DNA of 64,000 bases. Source: an uncultured Ruminococcus sp. (lineage in GTDB: Bacteria > Bacillota > Clostridia > Oscillospirales > Ruminococcaceae). This document shows, piece after piece, positions 10,937-19,860 of this stretch (position 1 is the stretch's first letter; the number at the start of each line of letters is the position of its first letter). The notes beneath the pieces were generated by a model. The model made no database searches. It was not told the origin of the DNA and worked only from the letters and a program-made list of their open reading frames with translations. The stretch spans positions 18,338 to 82,337 of the forward strand of contig CALANW010000118.1 in assembly GCA_937926145.1 (NCBI GenBank), given 5' to 3'. The position numbers and the translations under genes were made by a program.

Positions 10937-11578
10937 TTAAGCTTTTTTCTTTACGCAGTCGCAGATAGTAACGATTCCGTTCTTAGGACCGGGAATAGCA
11001 CCCTTGATTGCGATAAGATTGTTTTCTGCGTCGATCTTGACAATCTCAAGATTCTGGATAGTAACCTTTTCTGCACCCATGTGACCTGCAAGCTTCTTGC
11101 CCTTGAAGATACGGGAAGGCGAGGAGCAGGCACCCATGGAACCTGCCTGTCTGTGAACAGGGCCTGTACCGTGAGTTTCCTTGAGTGAGCGCTGGTTGTT
11201 CTTCTTGATTGTACCCTGGAAGCCCTTACCCTTTGAAGTACCGCTTACATCAACGATGTCGCCTACTTCAAATGTATCAGCCTTAAGGATAGCTCCGACC
11301 TCGATAGCCTCTGCACCGTCAAGTCTGAACTCTTTGAGAGTTCTCTTGAGAGGAGCGTCAGCCTTTGCAAAGTGACCCTTTACAGGCTTGTTTGCAAGCT
11401 TTTCTCTGAGATCGCCGAAGCCGAGCTGTACTGCGCTGTAACCGTCGTTCTCAACTGTCTTCTTCTGAACGACTACGCAAGGGCCGGCTTCTACAACTGT
11501 CAAGGGGATAACCTTGTTAGTTGCTTCATCGAAAATCTGTGTCATACCGATTTTCTTACCGATGATTGCCTTTGTCAT
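10937..11578 (-). CDS. rplC: 50S ribosomal protein L3 (uL3)
   Basis: 213 aa starting [10 protein letters not shown], with TSKGKGFQG. Confidence 0.95.
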   Translation of the reverse strand: MTKAIIGKKIGMTQIFDEATNKVIPLTVVEAGPCVVVQKKTVENDGYSAVQLGFGDLREKLANKPVKGHFAKADAPLKRTLKEFRLDGAEAIEVGAILKADTFEVGDIVDVSGTSKGKGFQGTIKKNNQRSLKETHGTGPVHRQAGSMGACSSPSRIFKGKKLAGHMGAEKVTIQNLEIVKIDAENNLIAIKGAIPGPKNGIVTICDCVKKKA

Positions 11579-11663
11579 GATTTTTTCCTCCTATTGGTTA
11601 TTGGTTGTGTTTTTGCACAACATGACCTGCGGATCGATATTTTCGGAAATGGCAGGCTCTCGC

Positions 11664-11978
11664 TTACTTGATTTCCATTACGATATCAACGCCGGCAGGA
11701 AGTTCAAGACCCTGTAAAGCTTCAGTTGTCTTTGCAGTAGGTCTTATAACGTCGATGAGTCTCTTGTGGGTGCGAAGCTCGAACTGCTCACGGCTGTCCT
11801 TGTACTTGTGTACAGCACGGAGGATTGTAACGATCTCCTTGTCTGTTGGGAGCGGGATAGGACCCGAAACTCTTGCACCGCTGCGCTTTGCTGCCTCTAC
11901 GATCTTAGCTGCTGCTGCATCTACAACCGCATGGTCAAAGCCCTTGATTCTGATTCTGATTTTTTCATTGACTGCCAC
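11664..11978 (-). CDS. rpsJ: 30S ribosomal protein S10 (uS10)
   Basis: 104 aa with [10 protein letters not shown]. First gene of the cluster. Confidence 0.95.
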   Translation of the reverse strand: MAVNEKIRIRIKGFDHAVVDAAAAKIVEAAKRSGARVSGPIPLPTDKEIVTILRAVHKYKDSREQFELRTHKRLIDVIRPTAKTTEALQGLELPAGVDIVMEIK

Positions 11979-12064
11979 TTAGAATCGCCTCCTTAAGCAA
12001 ATTTAATAATGTAGAGGGGACAATGTAATGTTCAACGCTACCGTGTGTATCGCAAGCTTCACAT

Positions 12065-12096
12065 AAAAAAATCCGAAAAACACAGGTGTTTCCGGA
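12065..12096 (-). terminator. terminator-like hairpin plus U7 inside the S10 leader (candidate attenuator)
   Basis: Minus strand reads UCCGGAAACACCUGUGUUUUUCGGA followed by UUUUUUU, about 90 nt upstream of the rpsJ start. Confidence 0.45.
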
Positions 12097-12279
12097 AACG
12101 TCAGCTTTTATACACACAAAACTTACCTATCGGCATAAAAATGCCAACGGTTTAAGCACACACAGTGTTGATATTACAGCCGCCCGGTTTAAAATCGGAC
12201 ATACTCCATGAAAATTCCCCGGCAAACCGCCGGCCACCTTTCACTTCAACGCATATCTTGTTGCAGTCACGCAAGTAGT

Positions 12280-12308
12280 ATTATAACACACTAATTCTGT
12301 CATTTCAA
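12280..12308 (-). promoter_or_regulatory. S10-operon promoter with extended -10
   Basis: Minus strand reads TTGAAA (12308-12303), a 17-nt spacer ending in TGT, then TATAAT (12285-12280). It predicts a leader of about 290 nt. Confidence 0.65.
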
Positions 12309-12438
12309 GGGTTTTCGCGATTTTCCCGAAATTTTAAAATAGAATTTCGCCCCGATTTCCGATAAATTTTTATGCACTTCCGACAAAACAACGCTTTTTG
12401 TGCATAAAAAGTGTGTTTTCGTGGCAAAATAAGGGTTC

Positions 12439-13107
12439 TTATCCCGAATACGGTTCAAATTTTATGTCCATACAGTAGTCACAGCCGCCCAGTAATTCGT
12501 TTTGCTTTTGAATATACCGTTCATAGTCGTATTCAGTATAGCTGCCAATGTAAGCGTGGTGAAATTCATTGGTATCACAGTCATAAACCGCATCAAAAAC
12601 ACTGTTTCCCAACGGAGATATTATCTGTACCGTTTCATTGATACTTGATATCTGCGGCTTTTCTATTCTGTCGGTAATCTTGAACGCATATTCGGAATCG
12701 GAGCATCTGTAAACCTCTATTTTTGTCTGAGGGAAAAGATCCGCCATAATTCTTTTATCAAATAAAATATCCGCATTCCGAGAATCCATTATCACAAATT
12801 CAAATTGTGCATACAGCGAGTATAGTATCACCCGGTCGTCATAACCGTCATTGTTATAATCGAACGTCGTCCCGAAATATATATCCGTCACCCCAAAAAG
12901 CTCGTCCGTGCTGTCCAGCTCCGCTTTCTTTTCCTCGATAACTGCGGCGATATCTTTGTCAGACTCGCAGTTTTCCGATACCGTTTCCGAACAGCTGCTT
13001 GCTGTAATTTCTCCCGTCAAACTCTCCTGCACATTGTCGGCTGGCTTTCCGCAGGCGGTCATCGTAAGACAAACTGCGCATAAGAGATATATTGCTTTGT
13101 TTTTCAT
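12439..13107 (-). CDS. hypothetical lipoprotein (paralogue 1)
   Basis: Start placed at MKNKAIYLLCAVCLTMTACGK (lipobox LTMTAC). The signal peptide is identical to that of the upstream neighbour. No recognisable domain. Confidence 0.7.
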   Translation of the reverse strand: MKNKAIYLLCAVCLTMTACGKPADNVQESLTGEITASSCSETVSENCESDKDIAAVIEEKKAELDSTDELFGVTDIYFGTTFDYNNDGYDDRVILYSLYAQFEFVIMDSRNADILFDKRIMADLFPQTKIEVYRCSDSEYAFKITDRIEKPQISSINETVQIISPLGNSVFDAVYDCDTNEFHHAYIGSYTEYDYERYIQKQNELLGGCDYCMDIKFEPYSG

Positions 13108-13123
13108 AATATCGCCCGAAAGA

Positions 13124-13936
13124 TCAAGTTTCATCATCACAATAATAGGTATCGGAGAAAAGCCCAAGCTTATTTTCCAAAGAAATATCAAAATCACCGC
13201 AAAGTTTTCCGTCAGCGTTTAAAGTGAACGAAAAATAAAGGTCGTCATCATCTTCCTCGGTCGTTTTTGCAAAGCAGTCGTAAGTAACACTTCCGTCGTC
13301 ATTTTCGGTATATCCTATAATGTGAGCGTGTTCATTGCGCATCTGATATATAAAAGTCGGTTCATTTCCGTTTACATAAATGCAGTTATCCTTGCCCGTA
13401 AATAAACCACCAATTAAATAATTCTGTTTGAATTCTTCAAACAATTCATCTGAATAAAAGCTTTTGATATAAGCTATAAGCTCATCGTAAGTATAATCAG
13501 TGATCAATAATTTGTAATACGGTATAGGGTCGAAGGTCACGCCCTCGGCAGCAGGCATATTTTCGTCATCTTCAAAATAATTGCCATCGCTTTTATCGTC
13601 AAAATCGAAATACGGTGTATTCAAATAATCTTCCCAAGCCGCACCGCAAAGATAATCCCAGTACATTTTGGCATAACCTTCCGCAAATTCCTGACCCCTG
13701 ACAAGGATCTCATCATTTTCATCAAATGTCGTTTCGGGTGTTGGTCTTGTTGTGGTGGTGACCGTCGTTTCGGTCGGTGCCGTGGTTATCGTTTCGGAAG
13801 CCTTTTCGGTTTCCGTTGCCTCTGAAATTGTTGTTATTTCCTCTGTCAAGCTCTCCTGCTCATTATTTACTGTCTTTCCGCAGGCTGTCATTGTAAGGCA
13901 AACTGCACATAAAAGATATATCGCTTTGTTTTTCAT
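13124..13936 (-). CDS. hypothetical lipoprotein (paralogue 2) with Thr-rich linker and acidic C-terminus
   Basis: Start placed at the second ATG (MKNKAIYLLCAVCLTMTACGK), with GGAG 7 nt upstream. Contains a TTAPTETTVTTTTRPTPETT linker. Confidence 0.7.
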   Translation of the reverse strand: MKNKAIYLLCAVCLTMTACGKTVNNEQESLTEEITTISEATETEKASETITTAPTETTVTTTTRPTPETTFDENDEILVRGQEFAEGYAKMYWDYLCGAAWEDYLNTPYFDFDDKSDGNYFEDDENMPAAEGVTFDPIPYYKLLITDYTYDELIAYIKSFYSDELFEEFKQNYLIGGLFTGKDNCIYVNGNEPTFIYQMRNEHAHIIGYTENDDGSVTYDCFAKTTEEDDDDLYFSFTLNADGKLCGDFDISLENKLGLFSDTYYCDDET

Positions 13937-13948
13937 AAACTTCTCCAT

Positions 13949-15250
13949 TCAATTCAGCCATTCGACCCTATGCGATGTTTTCTTATATAATTCGGAAAAA
14001 TAGTCATCGGATAAGATAGCATTTTTCTCTATGGCGTTTGTCGGTATCCCGATAATAAGCTCGGGTTCGTATTTGTCCAGATATGGAAGAGCGTAATTTA
14101 CCGCCTCAAGGTTTCCCGTTTTGCATACGTTGATAAGAACCTCTGTCAGCTTGCTGTTTTCTTCTGCTTTATCGAGTTTGTCAAAACGCACAGTATGCCA
14201 TTCACCGTTTTCATTCTTGTATGCAATAAGAGTTGTTTCGCACACAACAGCCATGCAGTCAGCATCTCCGTAATCGGCAAGCCAATCCGAGCTTGCAAGC
14301 GGTTCAGTTTTGAACCTGCATACAAATTCGTCACCGATATAAACATAATTCACATCGCAGGCGCACCAAGTATGCCGCTCGCTTCCAATACCCCTCAATA
14401 GCTGCCATACGTCATAATCGACAGTCATAACGGACGGCTCTTTTTCAAAAACCGCTTTTCCGTGATAAATTCCCGTAAAAACATTTGCATTATTAAAGCA
14501 TAGATTCAAAACATAACATAAAACAACACAGCCGACCTCAGCCGAAAACCGCCGCTTTTTCACCTGCTCCCCATGTATCGCACCGAATATATTTGAAACA
14601 GATACAAATATAAGCGTTCGCATGAAAACTGAAACAATGCCGTATATCTCCGATGCACTGTTTATATAGTATTCAAAGTTGGTGCGAAAATCGGGTAAAG
14701 CATCGGGAGAATAGCTGTCCGCTATTATTTGGTCAATATTGTATTTGTAAACCGTATCATTGATAAAATCGGAAAGTATCACGCCCGAAACCGCCAAGCA
14801 AACTATTCCGACCGACAGCAAAACAGCATTGACCGCAAGCTTTTTTCCGTCAAGACTTTTTTTCGGCTTCCAAACGACCCAAATCACCGCAAAAATTATA
14901 AAAATATGCAGAACGTGGAAAATATCCCATATAAATTTGTTGAAAAGCGGCTCTGCGGAAAGCTCGTCCGTCCGTATAGTAGCATAATATGACACAATAT
15001 CCGATATTATCTTCACGGACAGCAGTATGACCGCAGCTTTGAGCAGTTTTGTCTTCTCGACTTTTAGCTCCGTCATTTTTAAACAGAGAAAAAACACCGC
15101 AGCATATTCAATGAACTGCATAAGCAGGTGAATTATATTCTCCGATCCAAGCACTGACGGCGGAATAAACGACTGCAGCACAGTATTTGTGTCAAAAATG
15201 TAAAATAAGAGTTCAAAGAAGAATATATAAAGGTATTTTGTGACGGTCAC
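13949..15250 (-). CDS. hypothetical polytopic membrane protein with soluble C-terminal domain
   Basis: 433 aa with several hydrophobic segments in the first ~260 aa and a Cys/Trp-containing C-terminal domain. GTG start is uncertain. Low-GC region. Confidence 0.55.
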   Translation of the reverse strand: MTVTKYLYIFFFELLFYIFDTNTVLQSFIPPSVLGSENIIHLLMQFIEYAAVFFLCLKMTELKVEKTKLLKAAVILLSVKIISDIVSYYATIRTDELSAEPLFNKFIWDIFHVLHIFIIFAVIWVVWKPKKSLDGKKLAVNAVLLSVGIVCLAVSGVILSDFINDTVYKYNIDQIIADSYSPDALPDFRTNFEYYINSASEIYGIVSVFMRTLIFVSVSNIFGAIHGEQVKKRRFSAEVGCVVLCYVLNLCFNNANVFTGIYHGKAVFEKEPSVMTVDYDVWQLLRGIGSERHTWCACDVNYVYIGDEFVCRFKTEPLASSDWLADYGDADCMAVVCETTLIAYKNENGEWHTVRFDKLDKAEENSKLTEVLINVCKTGNLEAVNYALPYLDKYEPELIIGIPTNAIEKNAILSDDYFSELYKKTSHRVEWLN

Positions 15251-15327
15251 TACTTCACTTCCAATAAGTATTTTAATTAAAATACCGCCTGATTTTGTCA
15301 GATTTCTGGAAACTGCACCTTAAACCA

Positions 15328-15361
15328 ATCGCCGACCATTACCGCTATAATGATCGGCGAT
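15328..15361 (-). terminator. hairpin downstream of pfk
   Basis: The inverted repeat ATCGCCGA...TCGGCGAT lies directly after the pfk stop. The U-tract is weak. Confidence 0.4.
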
Positions 15362-15369
15362 CAATTAAT

Positions 15370-16455
15370 TTATTCTCCGAACGAAACCCCAAGTTCCTTT
15401 GCCGTAATGACAAGCTGGTTGTCGGGGGTCACGAATTTTGTCTTGCCGGCAATGTCGGAAAGCTTGTTTTCGGTGATCTTTCCGTCTACCATTGCTACTG
15501 TGTAGCCGTACTTGCCCGATTTGATGAGGCTTGCGGCTCTTACACCGAACTTTGTTGCGAGAACTCTGTCATAGGCTGACGGACTGCCGCCTCTGAGCAT
15601 ATGTCCCGGAACACAGACTCTTGCTTCGATGCCCGTTTCAGCCTGAACCTGTGCGGCAAGTCTTGATGTTGCGGTTGTGATGCCTGCTTCCTGTCTGCGC
15701 TTTGCGCGCTCTTTCTTTTTGAGCTTTGCTTCTTCCTGATCGAATGCGCCCTCTGCCACTGCTACGATAGAGAAAGTCTTTCCTGCTTTCGATCTCTTTT
15801 CGACAGCTGCGCAGATGCTTTCCGTATTATATGGTATCTCGGGGATAACGATGATATCAGCACCGCCTGCGATGCCAGAATAGAGTGTGAGCCAGCCTGC
15901 CTTGTTGCCCATTATTTCGACCATAAGGATTCTGCTGTGCGAAGCAGCTGTGGTGTGAAGTCTGTCGATAACATCGGTAGCAGTATCAACAGCTGTGTGG
16001 AAGCCGAATGTTACGTCCGTGCCGAAGATATCATTGTCGATAGTCTTTGGAAGACCGATAACGTTAAGTCCCTCTTCGGAGAGGAGATTTGCAGTCTTGT
16101 GTGTGCCGTTGCCGCCGAGGGTGAGCAGGCAGTCAAGCTTCTGTGCCTTGTATGTGTCTTTCATAGCCTTGACTTTGTCAACGTTGTCCTCTTCGATAAC
16201 GGACATCATCTTGAACGGCTGACGCTTTGTGCCGAGGATAGTTCCGCCCTGAGTGAGAATACCCGAAAATTCGGACGGCTTCATCTCTCTTGCGATGTTG
16301 TTGATAAGTCCGTAATAGCCGTTCTGGATTCCGACGATCTCAACGTTGTCCTCTCCCATTTCCTCGAAGCAGGCTTTCGCCACTCCTCTGATAGTTGCGT
16401 TAAGACCCGGGCAGTCGCCGCCGCTTGTAAGGATACCGATTCTTCTCTTTGCCAT
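15370..16455 (-). CDS. pfkA: 6-phosphofructokinase (phosphoryl-donor specificity not assignable by eye)
   Basis: 361 aa with GILTSGGDCPGLNA, LGGNGT and GLPKTIDNDI motifs of the PFK family. Confidence 0.9.
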   Translation of the reverse strand: MAKRRIGILTSGGDCPGLNATIRGVAKACFEEMGEDNVEIVGIQNGYYGLINNIAREMKPSEFSGILTQGGTILGTKRQPFKMMSVIEEDNVDKVKAMKDTYKAQKLDCLLTLGGNGTHKTANLLSEEGLNVIGLPKTIDNDIFGTDVTFGFHTAVDTATDVIDRLHTTAASHSRILMVEIMGNKAGWLTLYSGIAGGADIIVIPEIPYNTESICAAVEKRSKAGKTFSIVAVAEGAFDQEEAKLKKKERAKRRQEAGITTATSRLAAQVQAETGIEARVCVPGHMLRGGSPSAYDRVLATKFGVRAASLIKSGKYGYTVAMVDGKITENKLSDIAGKTKFVTPDNQLVITAKELGVSFGE

Positions 16456-16489
16456 ATTGGACCAATCCTTTCAACATTTATTTTTATTC

Positions 16490-18850
16490 TTATTTATCTG
16501 CACCGACCGAGACGCTGTCGGGCTGTTCGGTAAGCTTTTTCTGGTCTTCGCGCTTAGCCTGCTCGGCTTTCATCTTCATAAATTCTTCAAACTTATCCGC
16601 AGGCATCGGCTTTCCGAAGAAGAAGCCCTGCGCAAGATCGCAGCCCGACTGTTTGAGTATATCCACCTGACCCGGAGTTTCGATGCCCTCGGCGATGGTC
16701 TCTATCTTCTTGGATTTTGCAATTCTTATAACAGCCGAGACGATCTCTCGTGAAATCTCATCATCTTCAAGATACATTACGAACGAGCGGTCGAGTTTCA
16801 GCAGCGTGATAGGAAGTATCTGAATGTAGCTGAGCGAAGAATAACCCGTTCCGAAATCGTCCATTGAAAGCTTGATGCCGAGCGATTTTATCTCGTTCAT
16901 CTGCGCAACGGCATGGTCTATGTCTTTGAGTGCGAGCGATTCGGTAAGCTCAACATCGAGCCACTGCGGTTCCATACCCGTTTCTTCGAGCGCCCTCTTG
17001 ATATTTTCGGTAACATTGGTCTGATAGAAATCAACAGCCGTAAGGTTTATCGAAACCGTTACCGGCGGATAGCCCTTATCCTGCCATTCCTTGTTCTGAC
17101 GGCAAGCGTTGTAAAGAACGAAGCGGCTTATCTTCGTGATGAGCATTGAGCTTTCGGCAACGGGGATAAAGTTTCCCGGAGGAATGATAGTGCCGTCGGG
17201 CTTTACCCAGCGGATAAGTGCTTCCATACCCGTAAGTCTGCCCGTGTTGAGGTCGATCTTAGGCTGATAGTAAAGCACGAGCTCGTTGTTTTCGATAGCG
17301 CTTGCAAGCTCTTTTTCGATAGCGTTGCTCTTGATGATCTGATCGTGTATCTCGCGGTCGTAGCGGACTATGCTGCCCTTTGTATCGTCCGAATGTGAAA
17401 GTGCGAATTCCGCACGGTCGAGGACTTGGAGGAAGTCGTTTCCTCCGTCCGACATTTTGCAGTAGCCTGCGGAGCAAGTGATAGTCTGCGTTGAGAAATT
17501 CTCCTCGGAGAATGCGGCAAAGTCTTTCTGTATGCTCTTTACAAGTCTTACGGGAAGTTCGTCATCGCCATTATCCTTTACTATAATGGCAAAATTATCG
17601 CCGCCTATTCTTGCGCCGAGCGAACTTTCACCGAGAGTGCTGAGAGCTTTGTTAAGAATAGAGCCGAACTCCTTAAGGAGCATATTACCGTTCTGATAGC
17701 CGCAGGTGTCGTTGATGATATGGAAATCATCGATATCGAAAATGATTATCCAGTAATCGAGGTCCTGACCTTCAACGGAATCATAAAGTCGGAAGGTTTC
17801 TTCGCCCGTAACGATGAACTTATTGCGGTTGTAGATCTGAGTAACTTCATCGATATAAGCCATTTTCTCGATGATAAGGTCTTTTTCTCTGTCGTCGTTG
17901 ATATCGATAACTGCGCCGCCTATCGTTGACATAAGGATATTTGCGCAGGGAGTTACTTTATATCGGTACTGGAGCCAGCGGTAGGAATCACTGTTCTTAG
18001 GCTTCATTCTGAATTCAACGGAATAGATCTCGCCCGACTTTGTGGGGGTCTGCGCCGTCATTGCACGTCTTAATGTTTCGACAACGAACCTGTCATCAGG
18101 GTAAATGAGCGATTTTAACTCATCAAAGCCGATATATTCCGAATCAAAGCCGCCCATCTGACGGAACTGCTCGGAAGTATAAAGTCTGTAGTCGTTGGCA
18201 TCTTTGAGCATAAGACCTACGCCCGAATACTCCATCGCCATTGTGAAGCGGCTTTCGGACGAAGCAAGGGCGTGAGCATAATTTGTAAGCTCCTCTTTCA
18301 TCTTGGCGTTCTCCGAAAGGTCATGACCTATCGAAAGGAGAATATATTTAGTGTTATTCTTGCCGTGCTTTTCAACGAACATAAGCGAGGTATTCCAAAT
18401 AGTGCAAACTTTTGCACCCGTTTTTGAGGTCACGAAAAACTCCTCGTCACGGTTATTGATTATCGCCTGAAGGCTCGGTGCGAAAGCGTCCTTTGGAAGA
18501 AGCTTCTGAATGTTCTTTGCATTGTCGCGAAGATCGTCGGCAGTATAACCCGTGACGGTGGTAAGCTCGGAGTTTACCTCTATCTCATGGAAATTGCTCT
18601 CCCAGACGATAGCCATAGCGTTAAGACTCTGGACGATATCGGAAAGATAGCTTCTCTGCTTTGCTATCCTTGTACGCTCATTGCGCTTCATCACACCGCA
18701 GAGCACAACGACCGAAACAGCCGCCAGCGCAAGATACATCACAATGACTGCCGCCATATATTCGGGCAGGTTGACAGCCACGATAAGCGCCGCCATTACC
18801 GACGCTATATATGAAAGGGCGATGATAAGCCCCGTATAATTTTTCTTCAT
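16490..18850 (-). CDS. membrane-anchored PAS / degenerate GGDEF / EAL signalling protein (likely c-di-GMP phosphodiesterase)
   Basis: Start at MKKNYTGL after GGGGAG. The GGDEF site reads GGDNF. EAL-domain motifs EALIRW, DDFGTGYSSL, AEGIET and QGFFFGKP are intact. Confidence 0.85.
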   Translation of the reverse strand: MKKNYTGLIIALSYIASVMAALIVAVNLPEYMAAVIVMYLALAAVSVVVLCGVMKRNERTRIAKQRSYLSDIVQSLNAMAIVWESNFHEIEVNSELTTVTGYTADDLRDNAKNIQKLLPKDAFAPSLQAIINNRDEEFFVTSKTGAKVCTIWNTSLMFVEKHGKNNTKYILLSIGHDLSENAKMKEELTNYAHALASSESRFTMAMEYSGVGLMLKDANDYRLYTSEQFRQMGGFDSEYIGFDELKSLIYPDDRFVVETLRRAMTAQTPTKSGEIYSVEFRMKPKNSDSYRWLQYRYKVTPCANILMSTIGGAVIDINDDREKDLIIEKMAYIDEVTQIYNRNKFIVTGEETFRLYDSVEGQDLDYWIIIFDIDDFHIINDTCGYQNGNMLLKEFGSILNKALSTLGESSLGARIGGDNFAIIVKDNGDDELPVRLVKSIQKDFAAFSEENFSTQTITCSAGYCKMSDGGNDFLQVLDRAEFALSHSDDTKGSIVRYDREIHDQIIKSNAIEKELASAIENNELVLYYQPKIDLNTGRLTGMEALIRWVKPDGTIIPPGNFIPVAESSMLITKISRFVLYNACRQNKEWQDKGYPPVTVSINLTAVDFYQTNVTENIKRALEETGMEPQWLDVELTESLALKDIDHAVAQMNEIKSLGIKLSMDDFGTGYSSLSYIQILPITLLKLDRSFVMYLEDDEISREIVSAVIRIAKSKKIETIAEGIETPGQVDILKQSGCDLAQGFFFGKPMPADKFEEFMKMKAEQAKREDQKKLTEQPDSVSVGADK

Positions 18851-19188
18851 ATAATTCTCCCCTTTAAGATGAAAGCTGCTCGATTGTTTGAAAAGACACA
18901 ATGCTGAAAAAATTCGGGAAAAAAGCAGTTTTTAAATGGTAAATTATTGCACAATAAGTCAATTTTGCCATACTATTCTAAGATAATGATACTCTTATTT
19001 TTGCATTTTGTCAAGGCAATGACAATAAAAGCTTAAAAATACGCTGAATTTTCACATATCTTTCATATTTTCGTGGTAAACTTATTTTTAAATTAAAATG
19101 GCAGAAAAACGCTCGGAAAAGTCGTGGAAAACGGATAAAATATATGGGTTTTATATGGCTTTTCGGTAAAAATCAAGGAGATGACATT

Positions 19189-19860
19189 ATGCAGAGAATA
19201 CTTGTTGTTGACGATGAAAAAATGATACGAAATGTTATTAAGGAATACGCCGAATTTGACGGTTTTGAAGTCACAGAGGCTGAGGACGGAATGGAAGCGG
19301 TCGAAATTTGCCGCAAAGAAGACTTCGACCTTATAGTTATGGATATAATGATGCCAAGGCTCGACGGATATTCGGCGATAAAGGAAATTCGCAAGACCAA
19401 GCAGATACCCGTCATAATGCTTTCGGCAAGGGGCGAGGAATACGACAAGCTTTTCGGCTTCGAGATAGGCATTGACGACTATGTTGTAAAGCCTTTCTCC
19501 CCTAAGGAGCTTCTTGCAAGAATAAAAGCTGTCCTCAAGCGCGCAGCCGCAAAGGAACAGCCAATGGATATTATCCGTTACGAGGGTCTTGAGATCAACG
19601 TCACGGGCAGAGAGGTCAGCGTTGACGGCAAGCCTGTTTCGCTCACGCCAAAGGAATACGACCTGCTCTTCTACCTTGTGCGGAACAAGGGCATCGCACT
19701 TTCGCGTGAAAAGCTCCTCGAAGAAGTATGGGGTTATGACTTCTTCGGCGATGACAGAACCGTTGATACACATATAAAAATGCTCCGAAATTCCCTCGGC
19801 GAATACCGCAAGTTCATCAAAACTCTGAGAGGAATGGGATATAAGTTTGAAACAACATAA
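19189..19860 (+). CDS. OmpR/PhoB-family response regulator
   Basis: Start at MQRILVVDDE after AAGGAG. Receiver domain (DLIVMDIMMPRLDG) plus winged-helix C-terminus (LRGMGYKF). Confidence 0.92.
   Translation: MQRILVVDDEKMIRNVIKEYAEFDGFEVTEAEDGMEAVEICRKEDFDLIVMDIMMPRLDGYSAIKEIRKTKQIPVIMLSARGEEYDKLFGFEIGIDDYVVKPFSPKELLARIKAVLKRAAAKEQPMDIIRYEGLEINVTGREVSVDGKPVSLTPKEYDLLFYLVRNKGIALSREKLLEEVWGYDFFGDDRTVDTHIKMLRNSLGEYRKFIKTLRGMGYKFETT

Noticed and set aside
15370-16455. Attempt to call the PFK as ATP- or PPi-dependent from the residue-104/124 rule.
   Set aside because: The sequence shows a mixed pattern: GGNG at the first site and PKTIDND at the second. I cannot assign specificity without a proper alignment and phylogeny.
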